Below are positions 9,155 to 18,653 of a stretch of 64,000 nt of DNA, in pieces. A model generated the notes under the pieces. The model was not told the DNA's origin. It saw nothing but the letters and a program-made list of their open reading frames with translations, and did not search any database. The number at the start of each line of letters is the position of its first letter. Positions within the stretch are counted from its first letter, which is position 1. This DNA is from Gammaproteobacteria bacterium (GTDB lineage Bacteria; Pseudomonadota; Gammaproteobacteria; JAKDMP01), in assembly GCA_049581885.1 (NCBI GenBank), contig JBAUSV010000014.1, positions 20,872 to 84,871 of the forward strand, in the 5' to 3' direction. A program made the position numbers and the translations under genes.

Positions 9155-10469
9155 GGAGCGTTGCCTCCCGAATGCGCGTGCCCCAGGTATCGAGGCGCGC
9201 GCGTAAATCGTTTTCGTCAAGCCCGATGACGTTGCCGGCCTGCACGCGTTGTTCGCCGGCTACCCACACCTCACTTACGTCCTGCGCCGTGCAGGCATAA
9301 ACCAGTTGCGAGAGCGGATCGTGGACGGGATGCAGGCGTGTGGCCGCGAGATTCACCGCCGCCAGATCGGCCCACTTGCCGGGCGTGAGGCTGCCGATCT
9401 GCGTCTCCAGGCCAAGTGCGCGGGCTCCGCCAAGGGTGGCCGCGTGCAGCGCGGCGGATGCGTTCAGGGCGGTGGGGTCGCCCGCGACACCCTTGGCGAG
9501 CAGGGCGGCAGTGCGCATCTCGCCGATCAGGTCGAGGTCGTTGTTGCTCGCCGCGCCGTCGGTGCCGAGTGCGATATTTACGCCGGCGTCCTGGAGGCGC
9601 TTGACGGGGCAGAAACCGCTGGCAAGTTTCAGATTGGATTCGGGGCAGTGAATGACGCTTGCCTTGTGTCGGACGAGTGTTTCAATGTCCGCATCTTCCA
9701 CTTGTGTCATGTGCACGGCAGCGAACCCGGGTCCGACCAGGCCGAGTGCAAGCAGGTGAGCCAGCGGACGGGCGCCGTGCCGGTCGAGTCTGTCGTGGAC
9801 TTCCCGCGCCGTTTCGTGCAGGTGGATCTGTACCGGCAGGCCGATTTCGCCGACGTAACTGGCGATTTTGGCGAGCGTGGTTTCATCCACCGTGTACGGC
9901 GCGTGCGGGGCGAACATGAAGGAGACAAGAGGGTGCACGCGGTATTTGTCGTTGAGCGCGAGTCCCTTGTCGAGATACTGTTGCGCATCGGCAGCATAAC
10001 TGCTGGGAAAGTCGATCACGATGATGCCGGAGACAATGCGTTGCCCGAGTTCCAGTGCGGCATCGATGGCGGCGCCGGGGAAAAAGTACATGTCGGCAAA
10101 CGTGGTGGTGCCGCCGGCTAGCATTTCTGCACAGGCGGCCAACGTGCCGTCGCGCACATACTCGGCGCTGACCCACCGCGTCTCGGCTGGCCAGATATGA
10201 TTCTGGAGCCAGTCCTCGAGCGGCAGATCGTCGGCATAGCCGCGGAGCAGCGTCATGGCTGCGTGCGTGTGGGCGTTGATCAGTCCCGGAATCAGCAGAT
10301 GAGTGGGCAGTTCGACGACCCGCTGCGCCTCGATACTGTGTTCGGCTTCCGCTGTGGGCAACACCGCCGTAATGCGGCCATCGGTCACGGCAAGCGCGTG
10401 ATCGGGCAACAGTTCGGGCGGATCCACCGGCGCGATCCAGCGCGCCTTGATAAGCAATTCGGCCTGCAT
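9147..10469 (-). CDS. mtaD: TRZ/ATZ-family amidohydrolase (5-methylthioadenosine/S-adenosylhomocysteine deaminase MtaD-like)
   Basis: 'LIPGLINAHTHAAMTLLRG' metal-binding HxH motif of the amidohydrolase family. Its position next to ubiG matches the Pseudomonas arrangement. Likely start is at 10469. Confidence 0.7.
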   Translation of the reverse strand: MQAELLIKARWIAPVDPPELLPDHALAVTDGRITAVLPTAEAEHSIEAQRVVELPTHLLIPGLINAHTHAAMTLLRGYADDLPLEDWLQNHIWPAETRWVSAEYVRDGTLAACAEMLAGGTTTFADMYFFPGAAIDAALELGQRIVSGIIVIDFPSSYAADAQQYLDKGLALNDKYRVHPLVSFMFAPHAPYTVDETTLAKIASYVGEIGLPVQIHLHETAREVHDRLDRHGARPLAHLLALGLVGPGFAAVHMTQVEDADIETLVRHKASVIHCPESNLKLASGFCPVKRLQDAGVNIALGTDGAASNNDLDLIGEMRTAALLAKGVAGDPTALNASAALHAATLGGARALGLETQIGSLTPGKWADLAAVNLAATRLHPVHDPLSQLVYACTAQDVSEVWVAGEQRVQAGNVIGLDENDLRARLDTWGTRIREATLHG

Positions 10470-10692
10470 ACTGCAATTATAGAGGGTTGGGCATCTCCCC
10501 ACACGCATCCCTTGATTCCCGCGCAGGCGCGGCCACGTGCTATTTAGGCATGGGTTCCAATGACGAGATCGCTGCCGAGTCAAGGATCTGTGCCGATTGC
10601 CGAATACCCGGCCTGCCACGGATAGGGAAGGCCGTGCACAGCGCTGAAACGCGCTATCATGAAAACGTATCTACCTTTGAGGTAAAGTTCCC

Positions 10693-11106
10693 ATGAAACC
10701 GCTTATGAAAATCCTCGCTGTTGCGCTGGTGGCCGGCGCCTTTTCGGCCGCCGCGTTTGCCGCCAGTCCAGCGCAACAGGAAGCCGCCACGGCGCTTGAA
10801 CATGCCGACTTTGCCGCACAGGCGAATCAGGTGGCCACGGTGCACCTGCACTTGCATCATGTCGTTAACTGTCTGGTCGGTGAGCATGGAAAGCAGTTTT
10901 ATGCTCCCGCCGGCGATCCCTGCAAAGGCATGGGTCGCGGGGCCATCTACGACGTTGGAGCACACACCGCGCTTAAAGCCCGGCTGGAGAAGGTCCTGGT
11001 CATGGCGGAGCGCGGCCTGACGGAAAACAAGCTGGAGAATGCGCGCGCATCGGCTCTGCACGTTAAGCAGATGCTGAAACAGGTGCTCGCGACAATGAAA
11101 AAATAG
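10693..11106 (+). CDS. Hypothetical secreted protein (signal peptide, His-rich segment, two Cys), unknown family
   Basis: Good RBS (GAGG 8 nt upstream) and a signal peptide ending '...AAFA'. The mature protein of about 114 aa is predicted helical and contains 'HLHLHH'. I recognise no family. Confidence 0.5.
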   Translation: MKPLMKILAVALVAGAFSAAAFAASPAQQEAATALEHADFAAQANQVATVHLHLHHVVNCLVGEHGKQFYAPAGDPCKGMGRGAIYDVGAHTALKARLEKVLVMAERGLTENKLENARASALHVKQMLKQVLATMKK

Positions 11107-11148
11107 GCAAGCTCCAGCTGCAGACTCCGGCACGCCTCCGGGTTTTGC

Positions 11149-13293
11149 TTACGTCGAAGCCGACGATGGGGATCTGGCGGATGCGGTCGTGGCGGGGGCT
11201 GGTTTATAGCGGGCGTATTTTTTGAGCAATGCCTGAAAGCGCGGGTCGTGACGTATCGGGTCCCAGGCTGGATCGAGCCACAACAGCACGGGCGAGTAGC
11301 TCACGCCACTGCCGGGGGTGGCGAGCGCCTTTTCGAGCAGCGGCACGGCGAGGCCGGGTCGCCTGGTCTCGGCGTAGAGGCTGGCATTGAGTTCCGTCGT
11401 AGCCGGACCGGACACTCGATCCTCGTCATGGGCCACGAGCGCCTGCGATTTTTCAATGGCGGCGAGTGCTTCGCCGGTGTGGCCGAGACCCAGTTCGGCT
11501 TGGGCAACGTAGCTCCAGACTAGGCTTTCATTGCGGGCGCTGCCGGCTTGGGCTTTGAGTTGCGCACGGGCGATCGGTAGGGCTCGGGTGTACAGCGGCC
11601 TGGCGTTCGCGACATCGCCCGCCAGCCGGTACAGCTCGGCCTGCTGCAGCGCCTTGGAGTCACTGAGGAAAGAGAAGTTGTCGGGCGTGTCGGGAATGCC
11701 CTTGAGTAGAGCGAGCGCCTCGCGATATTTGCGCTGTAAGGTCAGCAGGTACACGCGTTGCGACTTCAGTTGTGGATTGTCGCCCTGCACTGCGGCCAAG
11801 GCGCGTGTCACGTCACCAGTGCGGTACAGGATGGAGCTGGAGTATTGGAATTTGGCCCGGACGTTGTCGGGATCCAGCGCCAACGCCTGCTGGGAGAGCC
11901 GTTCGGCCTCGGCGTAGCGGCGCGTCAACATGTACGTCGTGCCCAGCTCGAAGGTCAGCGCGGTATTACGCGGATCGAGTGCAAGCGCTTGTTGCATCGC
12001 ACTGGTGGCTGCATCGAAATGCCCTTGCCGGCGGAGCACGTAGCCTGTCGCCGCGAGCGCATCGACGTCATTGGGCTGCGACTTGAGTGCGGCTGCGAAG
12101 GCGCCAAGCGCGGCCGTGTAATCCTGCTTGCCCCAATAATCGCTGAAACCGATTGCCAGGTGGGCGGCAGCCAGATCCGGCGCCAGCGTGAGCGCCCGCT
12201 CGGCCTGGCTGCGCGCATCGGTCCGGAGCTGCTGGACGTCTTCGCCGCCGCCGCCGAACCAGGCGAGGAGACTTTCGACATAGGACAGGCGCGCCCGCGC
12301 CAGGGCAAAGCCCGGGGCCTTCGCGATCGCCTGGTGATACAACGGAATCGCCTGCTTCCACGATGCTGTGTCGTAGTTGATGGCGCCCTGGTTGGTGAAG
12401 TACTCGGCGCGCAGGAACAGATCGTTGGCAGACGGATTGTTGCTGAGCGCCGTGGCCAGGCGTCTGGTTTCCGTGGGCGAGAGCTTCGCCTTGAGCGCCT
12501 GGGCAATCTGTTCGGCCACCTCGCCCTCAACGCCGAACACGTTTTCCAGTGTGCGTTGGTAACTCTGGGCCCAGATGTGGTTGTCCGTGTGCGCATCGAT
12601 CAGCTGCACTTCGATCAGCACTTGGTTGCCGTCCTTTTGCACGCTGCCTTCGAGCAGGGTCGCCACGCCGAGCTGCTTGCCAACGAGGGTCAGATTCTGG
12701 GGGTGGCTGCCGTAGCTAAGCGTCGAAGTACGCGAAATGACCTTGAGATCGCCGATGTCGGCGAGTTTGGTCAGGATCAGGCCCTGCATGCCGGCCACGA
12801 AATAGGCGTTGCCCTTGTCTGCGGAGAGGTTCTCGAACGGCAGCACGGCGATGGACTTGGCGGGAATCGCGCTCGCCGTGGTGGGTGCGGCGACAGATTT
12901 TACAGGCGCCACCACCACCGCGGCGCTCGGATGCGATTGGGTGCTTAGTTGCCAGGCGAGCACGCCGACGGCAGCCACGAGAATGACAATGATGACGATA
13001 TTGAGCGTCTGTCCCACACGGCGATGGGTTCGTGCCGGGCGCGGCTCATCGGAATCGACCGATTCGGTGGGTCGCACCCCCTCGGGCGTGACCTCGAAGG
13101 CCCAAGCTAGCAGAAGCGCTACCGGGAAACCGAGCACCACAAAGCCCAGTAGCACCCTCTCGCACCAATCAGGGGCGTGAAGTGTAGGGAATATGATCGC
13201 ACCGAGCTGAAGCAACAGCCACGCCGTCACCGCATAGGCAATGGCCACGCGGTATACGTGGCGACGCTTGAGTTCGGTCAGGAACTGGATCAT
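11149..13293 (-). CDS. Membrane-anchored TPR-repeat protein with TolB-N-like periplasmic domain
   Basis: N-terminal hydrophobic region ('RHVYRVAIAYAVTAWLLLQ', 2 TM). It is followed by 'IAVLPFENLSADKGNAYFVAGMQGLILTKLADIGDLKVISRTS', a TolB_N-like motif. Multiple TPR repeats follow. No output domain is present. Confidence 0.7.
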   Translation of the reverse strand: MIQFLTELKRRHVYRVAIAYAVTAWLLLQLGAIIFPTLHAPDWCERVLLGFVVLGFPVALLLAWAFEVTPEGVRPTESVDSDEPRPARTHRRVGQTLNIVIIVILVAAVGVLAWQLSTQSHPSAAVVVAPVKSVAAPTTASAIPAKSIAVLPFENLSADKGNAYFVAGMQGLILTKLADIGDLKVISRTSTLSYGSHPQNLTLVGKQLGVATLLEGSVQKDGNQVLIEVQLIDAHTDNHIWAQSYQRTLENVFGVEGEVAEQIAQALKAKLSPTETRRLATALSNNPSANDLFLRAEYFTNQGAINYDTASWKQAIPLYHQAIAKAPGFALARARLSYVESLLAWFGGGGEDVQQLRTDARSQAERALTLAPDLAAAHLAIGFSDYWGKQDYTAALGAFAAALKSQPNDVDALAATGYVLRRQGHFDAATSAMQQALALDPRNTALTFELGTTYMLTRRYAEAERLSQQALALDPDNVRAKFQYSSSILYRTGDVTRALAAVQGDNPQLKSQRVYLLTLQRKYREALALLKGIPDTPDNFSFLSDSKALQQAELYRLAGDVANARPLYTRALPIARAQLKAQAGSARNESLVWSYVAQAELGLGHTGEALAAIEKSQALVAHDEDRVSGPATTELNASLYAETRRPGLAVPLLEKALATPGSGVSYSPVLLWLDPAWDPIRHDPRFQALLKKYARYKPAPATTASARSPSSAST

Positions 13294-13357
13294 TGTTCTA
13301 TCCCTGTCCGCTTAATCCGAACACGCTTCGTGGATTATATAGGGTTTCGTCTGATAA

Positions 13358-13389
13358 CACCTTGAATGCCTGGAAATCGTCCCCAGAAA
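13358..13389 (+). promoter_or_regulatory. Putative sigma32 (RpoH) heat-shock promoter of grpE
   Basis: 'CCTTGAA' (13360-13366), a 14-nt spacer, then 'CCCCAGAAA' (13381-13389). This fits CTTGAA-N13-15-CCCCATnTA and lies about 40 nt upstream of grpE. Confidence 0.5.
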
Positions 13390-13426
13390 GGGAGTTAAGA
13401 CGGATTTTCACGTTTCAGGAGAGAGC

Positions 13427-13972
13427 ATGACCAAGGACCCGGACCCTAAAGCCGAGGCCCAGGAAGATATGGCGCCCGGCACTGCAAGCACTCCCGAGGC
13501 CAAAGCACCATCGGAGTTGGAGACGCTCAGGGCCGAGACGGCGGAGCATCGCGAGCGCGCGTTGCGTCTGGCCGCCGAGATGGAAAATGCGCGCCGACGG
13601 TCCGCCCGTGAACTGGAGACCACGCGCCGTTTTGCGCTGGAGCGTTTCGCGTCCGAATTGCTGCCGGTGGTCGACAGCCTGGAACTGGCACTGGCGGCGG
13701 CCGAAAGTGTGCCCGAAGGGCTCGCAATGACGCTAAAGCTCCTGCGCGAAATTTTGGCGCGGCACGACATGAAAGCTGTCACGCCGCCCGTGGGCGATGC
13801 CTTCGATCCCAATCTGCACGAAGCGATGGCTACCCAGCCCAGTACGGAGGTAGCGCCGGACCATATTTTGCAGGTGGTGCAGAAAGGCTACCGTCTCCAC
13901 GACCGTCTGCTGCGTCCGGCTCGGGTGATCGTTGCCCGGGCGCCTGATGCGGCTCCGGCGCCGGACGCTTGA
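13427..13972 (+). CDS. grpE: Nucleotide exchange factor GrpE
   Basis: 181 aa with full-length GrpE similarity; the RBS is GGAGAGAG. Confidence 0.9.
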   Translation: MTKDPDPKAEAQEDMAPGTASTPEAKAPSELETLRAETAEHRERALRLAAEMENARRRSARELETTRRFALERFASELLPVVDSLELALAAAESVPEGLAMTLKLLREILARHDMKAVTPPVGDAFDPNLHEAMATQPSTEVAPDHILQVVQKGYRLHDRLLRPARVIVARAPDAAPAPDA

Positions 13973-13997
13973 AAGCGCGCCCGGACGACCCCACATA
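13969..13997 (+). promoter_or_regulatory. Putative sigma32 heat-shock promoter of dnaK (overlaps grpE stop codon)
   Basis: 'CTTGAA' (13969-13974), a 14-nt spacer, then 'CCCCACATA' (13989-13997). It lies about 50 nt upstream of the dnaK ATG. Confidence 0.55.
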
Positions 13998-14048
13998 CAC
14001 AACAGTAACGGTTTTCAATCCCAGCCAGAACATAAGCGGAGAGTATTC

Positions 14049-15980
14049 ATGGCCAAAATTATCGGTATCGACCTCGGGACCACTAATTCCTGTGTCGCCG
14101 TCATGGAAGGCGGCAAGGCCCGGGTCATCGACAACAGCGAGGGCGATCGGACCACGCCGTCCATCGTGGCTTTCAGCAAGGACGGCGAGGTACTGACCGG
14201 TCAGCCGGCCAAGCGCCAGGCGGTTACCAATCCAGCCAACACGCTGTTTGCAATCAAGCGCCTGATCGGACGCAAGTTTGACGACCAGATGGTGCAAAAG
14301 GACATCGACATGGTGCCCTACAAGATCGTGAAGGCTGACAATGGCGATGCCTGGGTCGAGGCGGGCGGCAAGAAAATGGCGCCGCCGGAGATTTCCGCGC
14401 GCGTGTTGCAGAAAATGAAAAAGACCGCCGAGGATTATCTCGGCGAGCCGGTCACCGAAGCCGTGATCACGGTGCCGGCGTACTTCAATGATTCGCAGCG
14501 CCAGGCCACCAAGGATGCCGGCAAGATCGCCGGCCTCGAGGTCAAACGCATCATCAACGAGCCGACCGCGGCGGCGCTCGCCTATGGACTGGACAAAAAG
14601 CGCGGAGACCAGAAGATCGCGGTCTACGACTTGGGTGGGGGCACCTTCGACATCTCCATCATCGAGATCGCCGAAGTGGACGGCGAGCACCAGTTCGAAG
14701 TGCTGGCGACCAACGGCGATACCTTCCTTGGTGGCGAAGACTTCGACAAGCGCGTCATCGACTACTTGGCCAAGGAATTCGAGAAGGAACAGGGCATGGA
14801 CGTGCGCAAGGATCCGCTCGCCATGCAGCGCCTGAAGGAAGCGGCCGAGAAGGCCAAGATCGAGTTGTCTTCGGCACAGCAGACCGAAGTCAACCTGCCC
14901 TACATTACCGCCGATCAGAACGGGCCCAAGCATCTCAACGTGAAGCTCACGCGGGCCAAGCTCGAGGCGTTGGTGGAGGATCTGATCGAGCGTACGCTCG
15001 TGCCGTGCAAGACGGCGCTCAAGGATGCCGGCCTCTCGGTCTCTGATGTAAATGAAGTGATTCTGGTCGGTGGTCAGACACGCATGCCCAAGGTGCAGGA
15101 AGCGGTGAAGGACTTCTTCGGCAAGGAAGCGCGCAAGGACGTGAATCCGGACGAGGCGGTGGCGGTCGGCGCCGCGACTCAGGCCGGCGTGCTCGGTGGC
15201 GACGTGAAGGATGTGTTGCTGCTTGACGTGACGCCGCTCTCGCTCGGCATCGAAACGCTGGGCGGTGTGATGACCAAGCTCATCGACAAGAACACCACGG
15301 TGCCCACCAAGGCGAATCAGGTGTTCTCCACTGCCGACGATAATCAGACCGCGGTGACGGTACACGTGCTCCAGGGCGAGCGCGAAATGGCGAACGCCAA
15401 CAAGTCGCTCGGCCGTTTCGATTTGAGCGATATTCCGCCGGCGCCGCGCGGCATGCCTCAGATTGAGGTGACTTTCGATATCGACGCCAACGGCATCCTG
15501 CACGTTTCGGCCAAGGACAAGGCCACAGGCAAGGAAAACCGCATCGAGATCAAGGCCTCTTCGGGTTTGAGTGAAGAGGAAGTGGAGCGCATGGTCAAGG
15601 ACGCTGAGGCGCACGCCGAAGAGGACAAGAAGACGCGCGAGTTGGTGGATACCCGTAATCAGGCGGACGGACTGGTGCATGCGACCGAGAAATCGCTCAA
15701 GGATCTGGGCGACAAGGTCGAGGCGTCGGAACGGGCCGATATCGAAGCGGCGATCTCCGAACTCAAGGAGGCGCTCAAGAGCGACGATAAGTCGCGTATC
15801 GAGACCAAGTCTTCAGCGTTGGAAGAGCATTCTGCGAAGCTCATGCAGCGCGTCTATCAGGACGAGGCCGCGAGCGAAGCCGAGGCCGCCGAGCATAATA
15901 AGGACGGCGCCGGGCCGGGCAGCCCGGAGGATGTGGTGGATGCCGAGTTCGAGGAAGTCAAGGACGAGAAAAAAGGCTGA
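14049..15980 (+). CDS. dnaK: Molecular chaperone DnaK (Hsp70)
   Basis: '[18 protein letters not shown]...' is a canonical Hsp70. The ATG at 14049 has a GGAG RBS. The ORF-track start at 13932 is a 5' over-extension. Confidence 0.97.
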   Translation: MAKIIGIDLGTTNSCVAVMEGGKARVIDNSEGDRTTPSIVAFSKDGEVLTGQPAKRQAVTNPANTLFAIKRLIGRKFDDQMVQKDIDMVPYKIVKADNGDAWVEAGGKKMAPPEISARVLQKMKKTAEDYLGEPVTEAVITVPAYFNDSQRQATKDAGKIAGLEVKRIINEPTAAALAYGLDKKRGDQKIAVYDLGGGTFDISIIEIAEVDGEHQFEVLATNGDTFLGGEDFDKRVIDYLAKEFEKEQGMDVRKDPLAMQRLKEAAEKAKIELSSAQQTEVNLPYITADQNGPKHLNVKLTRAKLEALVEDLIERTLVPCKTALKDAGLSVSDVNEVILVGGQTRMPKVQEAVKDFFGKEARKDVNPDEAVAVGAATQAGVLGGDVKDVLLLDVTPLSLGIETLGGVMTKLIDKNTTVPTKANQVFSTADDNQTAVTVHVLQGEREMANANKSLGRFDLSDIPPAPRGMPQIEVTFDIDANGILHVSAKDKATGKENRIEIKASSGLSEEEVERMVKDAEAHAEEDKKTRELVDTRNQADGLVHATEKSLKDLGDKVEASERADIEAAISELKEALKSDDKSRIETKSSALEEHSAKLMQRVYQDEAASEAEAAEHNKDGAGPGSPEDVVDAEFEEVKDEKKG

Positions 15981-16010
15981 TCCGGTCAACCGGCACAGAG
16001 GCGGGTGTCC

Positions 16011-16032
16011 GCAGGCGACGCCTGCCTTTTTG
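16011..16032 (+). terminator. Intrinsic terminator/attenuator hairpin downstream of dnaK
   Basis: Stem GCAGG (16011-15), loop CGACG, stem CCTGC (16021-25), followed by CTTTTTG. Confidence 0.5.
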
Positions 16033-16051
16033 TGCATGATGGAGGGAGCGC

Positions 16052-16633
16052 GTGAAAACCAGCCGTCTCGAGGCCTTTAGTGACGGCGTTATCGCCATCA
16101 TCATTACCATCATGGTGCTGGAATTGCGGGCACCGTCCGGGGAGGCCGCCAGTTTTGATGAGTTGATACCATTGTTACCGGTGTTTTCGAGTTATGTGCT
16201 GAGCTTTCTTTATGTTGGCATCTACTGGAATAATCACCATCACATGTTGAATGCCACTGACCGGATCAACGGCGGCATTCTGTGGGCCAACCTGCATTTA
16301 TTGTTCTGGCTTTCCCTGTTCCCGTTCGTAACGGCGTGGACGGGTGAGCACCGTTTCGCCGAAGTGCCCACCGTGCTTTATGGTGTTGTGTTGTTGATGG
16401 CGTCCATTGCTTACTTTATTCTGCAGCGCAGCATCATTGTGCATAACGGACGCACATCGAAACTGGCGCAAGCCATCGGACGCGACACGAAGGGCAAACT
16501 ATCCACGGTAGCCTATGCGCTGGGTATCGCATTGGCCTTCATCAATTCGTGGGTGGCTAACGGGATTTTCTTGCTGGTCGCGCTGATGTGGCTGGTGCCC
16601 GACCGCAGAATCGAGAACAGGATCGGAGTATGA
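16052..16633 (+). CDS. DUF1211 / TMEM175-family putative potassium channel
   Basis: GTG start with a GGAGGGA RBS. The '[21 protein letters not shown]' signature (RxxxFSDG on TM1) and the overall 6-TM-like, 193-aa architecture match bacterial TMEM175 homologues. Its stop overlaps the dnaJ ATG (ATGA). Confidence 0.8.
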   Translation: MKTSRLEAFSDGVIAIIITIMVLELRAPSGEAASFDELIPLLPVFSSYVLSFLYVGIYWNNHHHMLNATDRINGGILWANLHLLFWLSLFPFVTAWTGEHRFAEVPTVLYGVVLLMASIAYFILQRSIIVHNGRTSKLAQAIGRDTKGKLSTVAYALGIALAFINSWVANGIFLLVALMWLVPDRRIENRIGV

Positions 16634-17772
16634 GCGAACAGGATTATTATGAGACTTTGGGCGTCAAGCGCGGCGCGACCCAGGCTGACATCAAGAAGGC
16701 CTACCGGCGGCTTGCCATGAAGTACCACCCGGATCGCAACCAGGGGGATGCGGGTGCGAGCGACCGTTTTAAGGAAATCAACGAAGCCTACGAGGTGTTA
16801 AGCGACGATCTGAAGCGCGCCGCCTACGATCAGTTCGGCCATGCCGGAGTGAATCGCGGTGGCGGAGGCAGACCAGGTGCAGGTGGTTTCGGCGGTTTCG
16901 GGGACGGTGATCCGGGCGATATATTCGGAGACATATTCGGCGATATTTTCGGCATGGGCGGGGGCACGCGCCGGACCCGCCGTGGTGCCGATCTCAAGTA
17001 CACCCTCGCCGTCACGCTCGAGCAGATTGCGCGTGGCGAGGAAGTCACCATCGAGGTGCCGCGGCACACGCCCTGCGAGCATTGCGGCGGCAGCGGCGCC
17101 AAGCCCGGCAGCAAGCCGCAAACGTGCAGGACTTGCGGTGGCCAGGGGCAGGTGCGCATGCAGCAGGGCTTCTTCACCCTCCAGCAGACCTGTCCGGACT
17201 GCCGTGGCCGCGGCGAAATCATCACCGAGCATTGCCCGGAATGCCATGGCAGCGGGGTGGAGCGCACGATCAGCAAGCTCAAGGTGCGGATTCCGGCCGG
17301 AGTGGACGACGGTACTGCGATCCGTCTCTCCGGCCAGGGCGAAACGGCGGGTTCGGGTGGAATCGCGGGCGACCTGTACGTGGAGATCCGCATTAAGCCG
17401 CATTCGATCTTCCACCGTGAAGGCGCGCACCTGGTTTGCGAGCTGCCGATCAGTTTCGCCACCGCCGCACTCGGCGGCGAACTGGAAATCCCGACGCTGG
17501 AAGGAGAAGGGCGGCTCAAGATCCCGGTCGGCACCCAGAGCGGCAAGCGGATGCGGGTACGCGGCAAGGGATTGCCCCTGCCGGGTGGCGCGAAGGGCGA
17601 TCTGTTCTGCCTCGTGAGGGTGGAAACGCCGGTCAATCTGACCGAGGAGCAGAAGCAGCTGATCAGCGACCTGGATGCCAAGTTGAGCGCCGACGGCAAG
17701 CGGCATAAACCGGCGGAACACGAGGGCTGGGCAAGCAAGCTGAAGAACTTCTTCGAGCAGTTGGCCGGATGA
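16630..17772 (+). CDS. dnaJ: Molecular chaperone DnaJ
   Basis: J-domain (HPD motif), a G/F-rich linker with a [13 protein letters not shown] repeat, and four CxxCxGxG zinc-finger repeats. Confidence 0.95.
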   Translation: MSEQDYYETLGVKRGATQADIKKAYRRLAMKYHPDRNQGDAGASDRFKEINEAYEVLSDDLKRAAYDQFGHAGVNRGGGGRPGAGGFGGFGDGDPGDIFGDIFGDIFGMGGGTRRTRRGADLKYTLAVTLEQIARGEEVTIEVPRHTPCEHCGGSGAKPGSKPQTCRTCGGQGQVRMQQGFFTLQQTCPDCRGRGEIITEHCPECHGSGVERTISKLKVRIPAGVDDGTAIRLSGQGETAGSGGIAGDLYVEIRIKPHSIFHREGAHLVCELPISFATAALGGELEIPTLEGEGRLKIPVGTQSGKRMRVRGKGLPLPGGAKGDLFCLVRVETPVNLTEEQKQLISDLDAKLSADGKRHKPAEHEGWASKLKNFFEQLAG

Positions 17773-18560
17773 GCGTGCCGGCACCGCTTCGTATCGCAGT
17801 CGCCGGCGCCAGCGGGCGTATGGGCGGCGAACTGGCGCGCCTGCTGGCGAGCGATGCTGAACATTACCGGTTGACGGCTGCCTGGGTCGGCACTGGCAGC
17901 AGCGCATTGGGACGGGACATGGGTGAACTGGCTGGAATCGGTGTGATGGGTGTCGCCTGCAGCGCGAACGGTGATACGAACGCTGAAGTGGATGCGGTTA
18001 TGGATTTCTCTACGGTGACTGCTACACCCGCTGTGGCACGTGCCGCCGAGGCCCGCGGAGCGGCCCTGATCAGCGGAGTCACCGGTCTCGACGCGGCAGC
18101 GCATGCGGCACTGGCCGAAGCCGCACGCCGCGTGCCGGTGCTGCACACCGACAATTTCAGCCTGGGCGTAGCCGTGCTGAAGGAACTGGCGGTGTTGGCC
18201 TGCGAACGGCTGGGCAGCGGCTTCGACATCGAAATCAGCGAGGCGCACCACCGCGGCAAACGCGACGCGCCATCGGGAACCGCGCGCATGCTGGGCCGGG
18301 CCCTGGGAGATGAACAGGGCCGCATCCGCACCGGTGCGCGCGACGGGAGTGAAATCGGCTATTCGGTGCGCCGAGGCGGCAACGTAATCGGCGAACATAC
18401 CGTCAGTTTCCTGGGTCCCCACGAAAGGCTGGAACTGACACACCGTGCCGAAGACCGGTCGCTTTTTGCCTCCGGAGCGCTGTTCGCAGCCCGGTGGCTG
18501 GTGACGCAACCGCCCGGGCAATACACGCTCGAAGACAGTATCGCGCGCGACGGCGATTGA
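17769..18560 (+). CDS. dapB: 4-hydroxy-tetrahydrodipicolinate reductase
   Basis: '[11 protein letters not shown]' Rossmann motif with DapB-wide similarity. There is a 4-nt overlap with dnaJ. Confidence 0.9.
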   Translation: MSVPAPLRIAVAGASGRMGGELARLLASDAEHYRLTAAWVGTGSSALGRDMGELAGIGVMGVACSANGDTNAEVDAVMDFSTVTATPAVARAAEARGAALISGVTGLDAAAHAALAEAARRVPVLHTDNFSLGVAVLKELAVLACERLGSGFDIEISEAHHRGKRDAPSGTARMLGRALGDEQGRIRTGARDGSEIGYSVRRGGNVIGEHTVSFLGPHERLELTHRAEDRSLFASGALFAARWLVTQPPGQYTLEDSIARDGD

Positions 18561-18653
18561 TCGCGCCGCCGGCGGCCTCTAAAATGGGCGTCGTTTGTGC
18601 GTTGGCATGCGGGGATTCCTCTCCGCGACGCGTTCTGACCTAACGGGGGTTGA

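Noticed and set aside
11758-12948. 396-aa plus-strand ORF overlapping the TPR protein gene on the opposite strand
   Set aside because: The TPR reading frame has coherent repeat structure and membrane/TolB-N motifs. The antisense translation is Arg/Gly-rich low complexity.
13830-15680. 616-aa minus-strand ORF antisense to dnaK
   Set aside because: An antisense high-GC artifact; dnaK on the plus strand is unambiguous.
16890-16960. Tandem '[13 protein letters not shown]' nucleotide and peptide repeat
   Set aside because: This is the normal Gly/Phe-rich linker of DnaJ, not a novel repeat element.
16830-18521. 563-aa ORF on the minus strand, antisense to dnaJ/dapB
   Set aside because: A proline/arginine-rich, low-complexity translation typical of antisense frames in high-GC DNA. 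It overlaps two strongly supported genes.
18565-18576. 12-bp perfect palindrome GCCGCCGGCGGC after the dapB stop
   Set aside because: Too short and loop-less to call a terminator, and no U-tract. It is probably incidental in GC-rich DNA.
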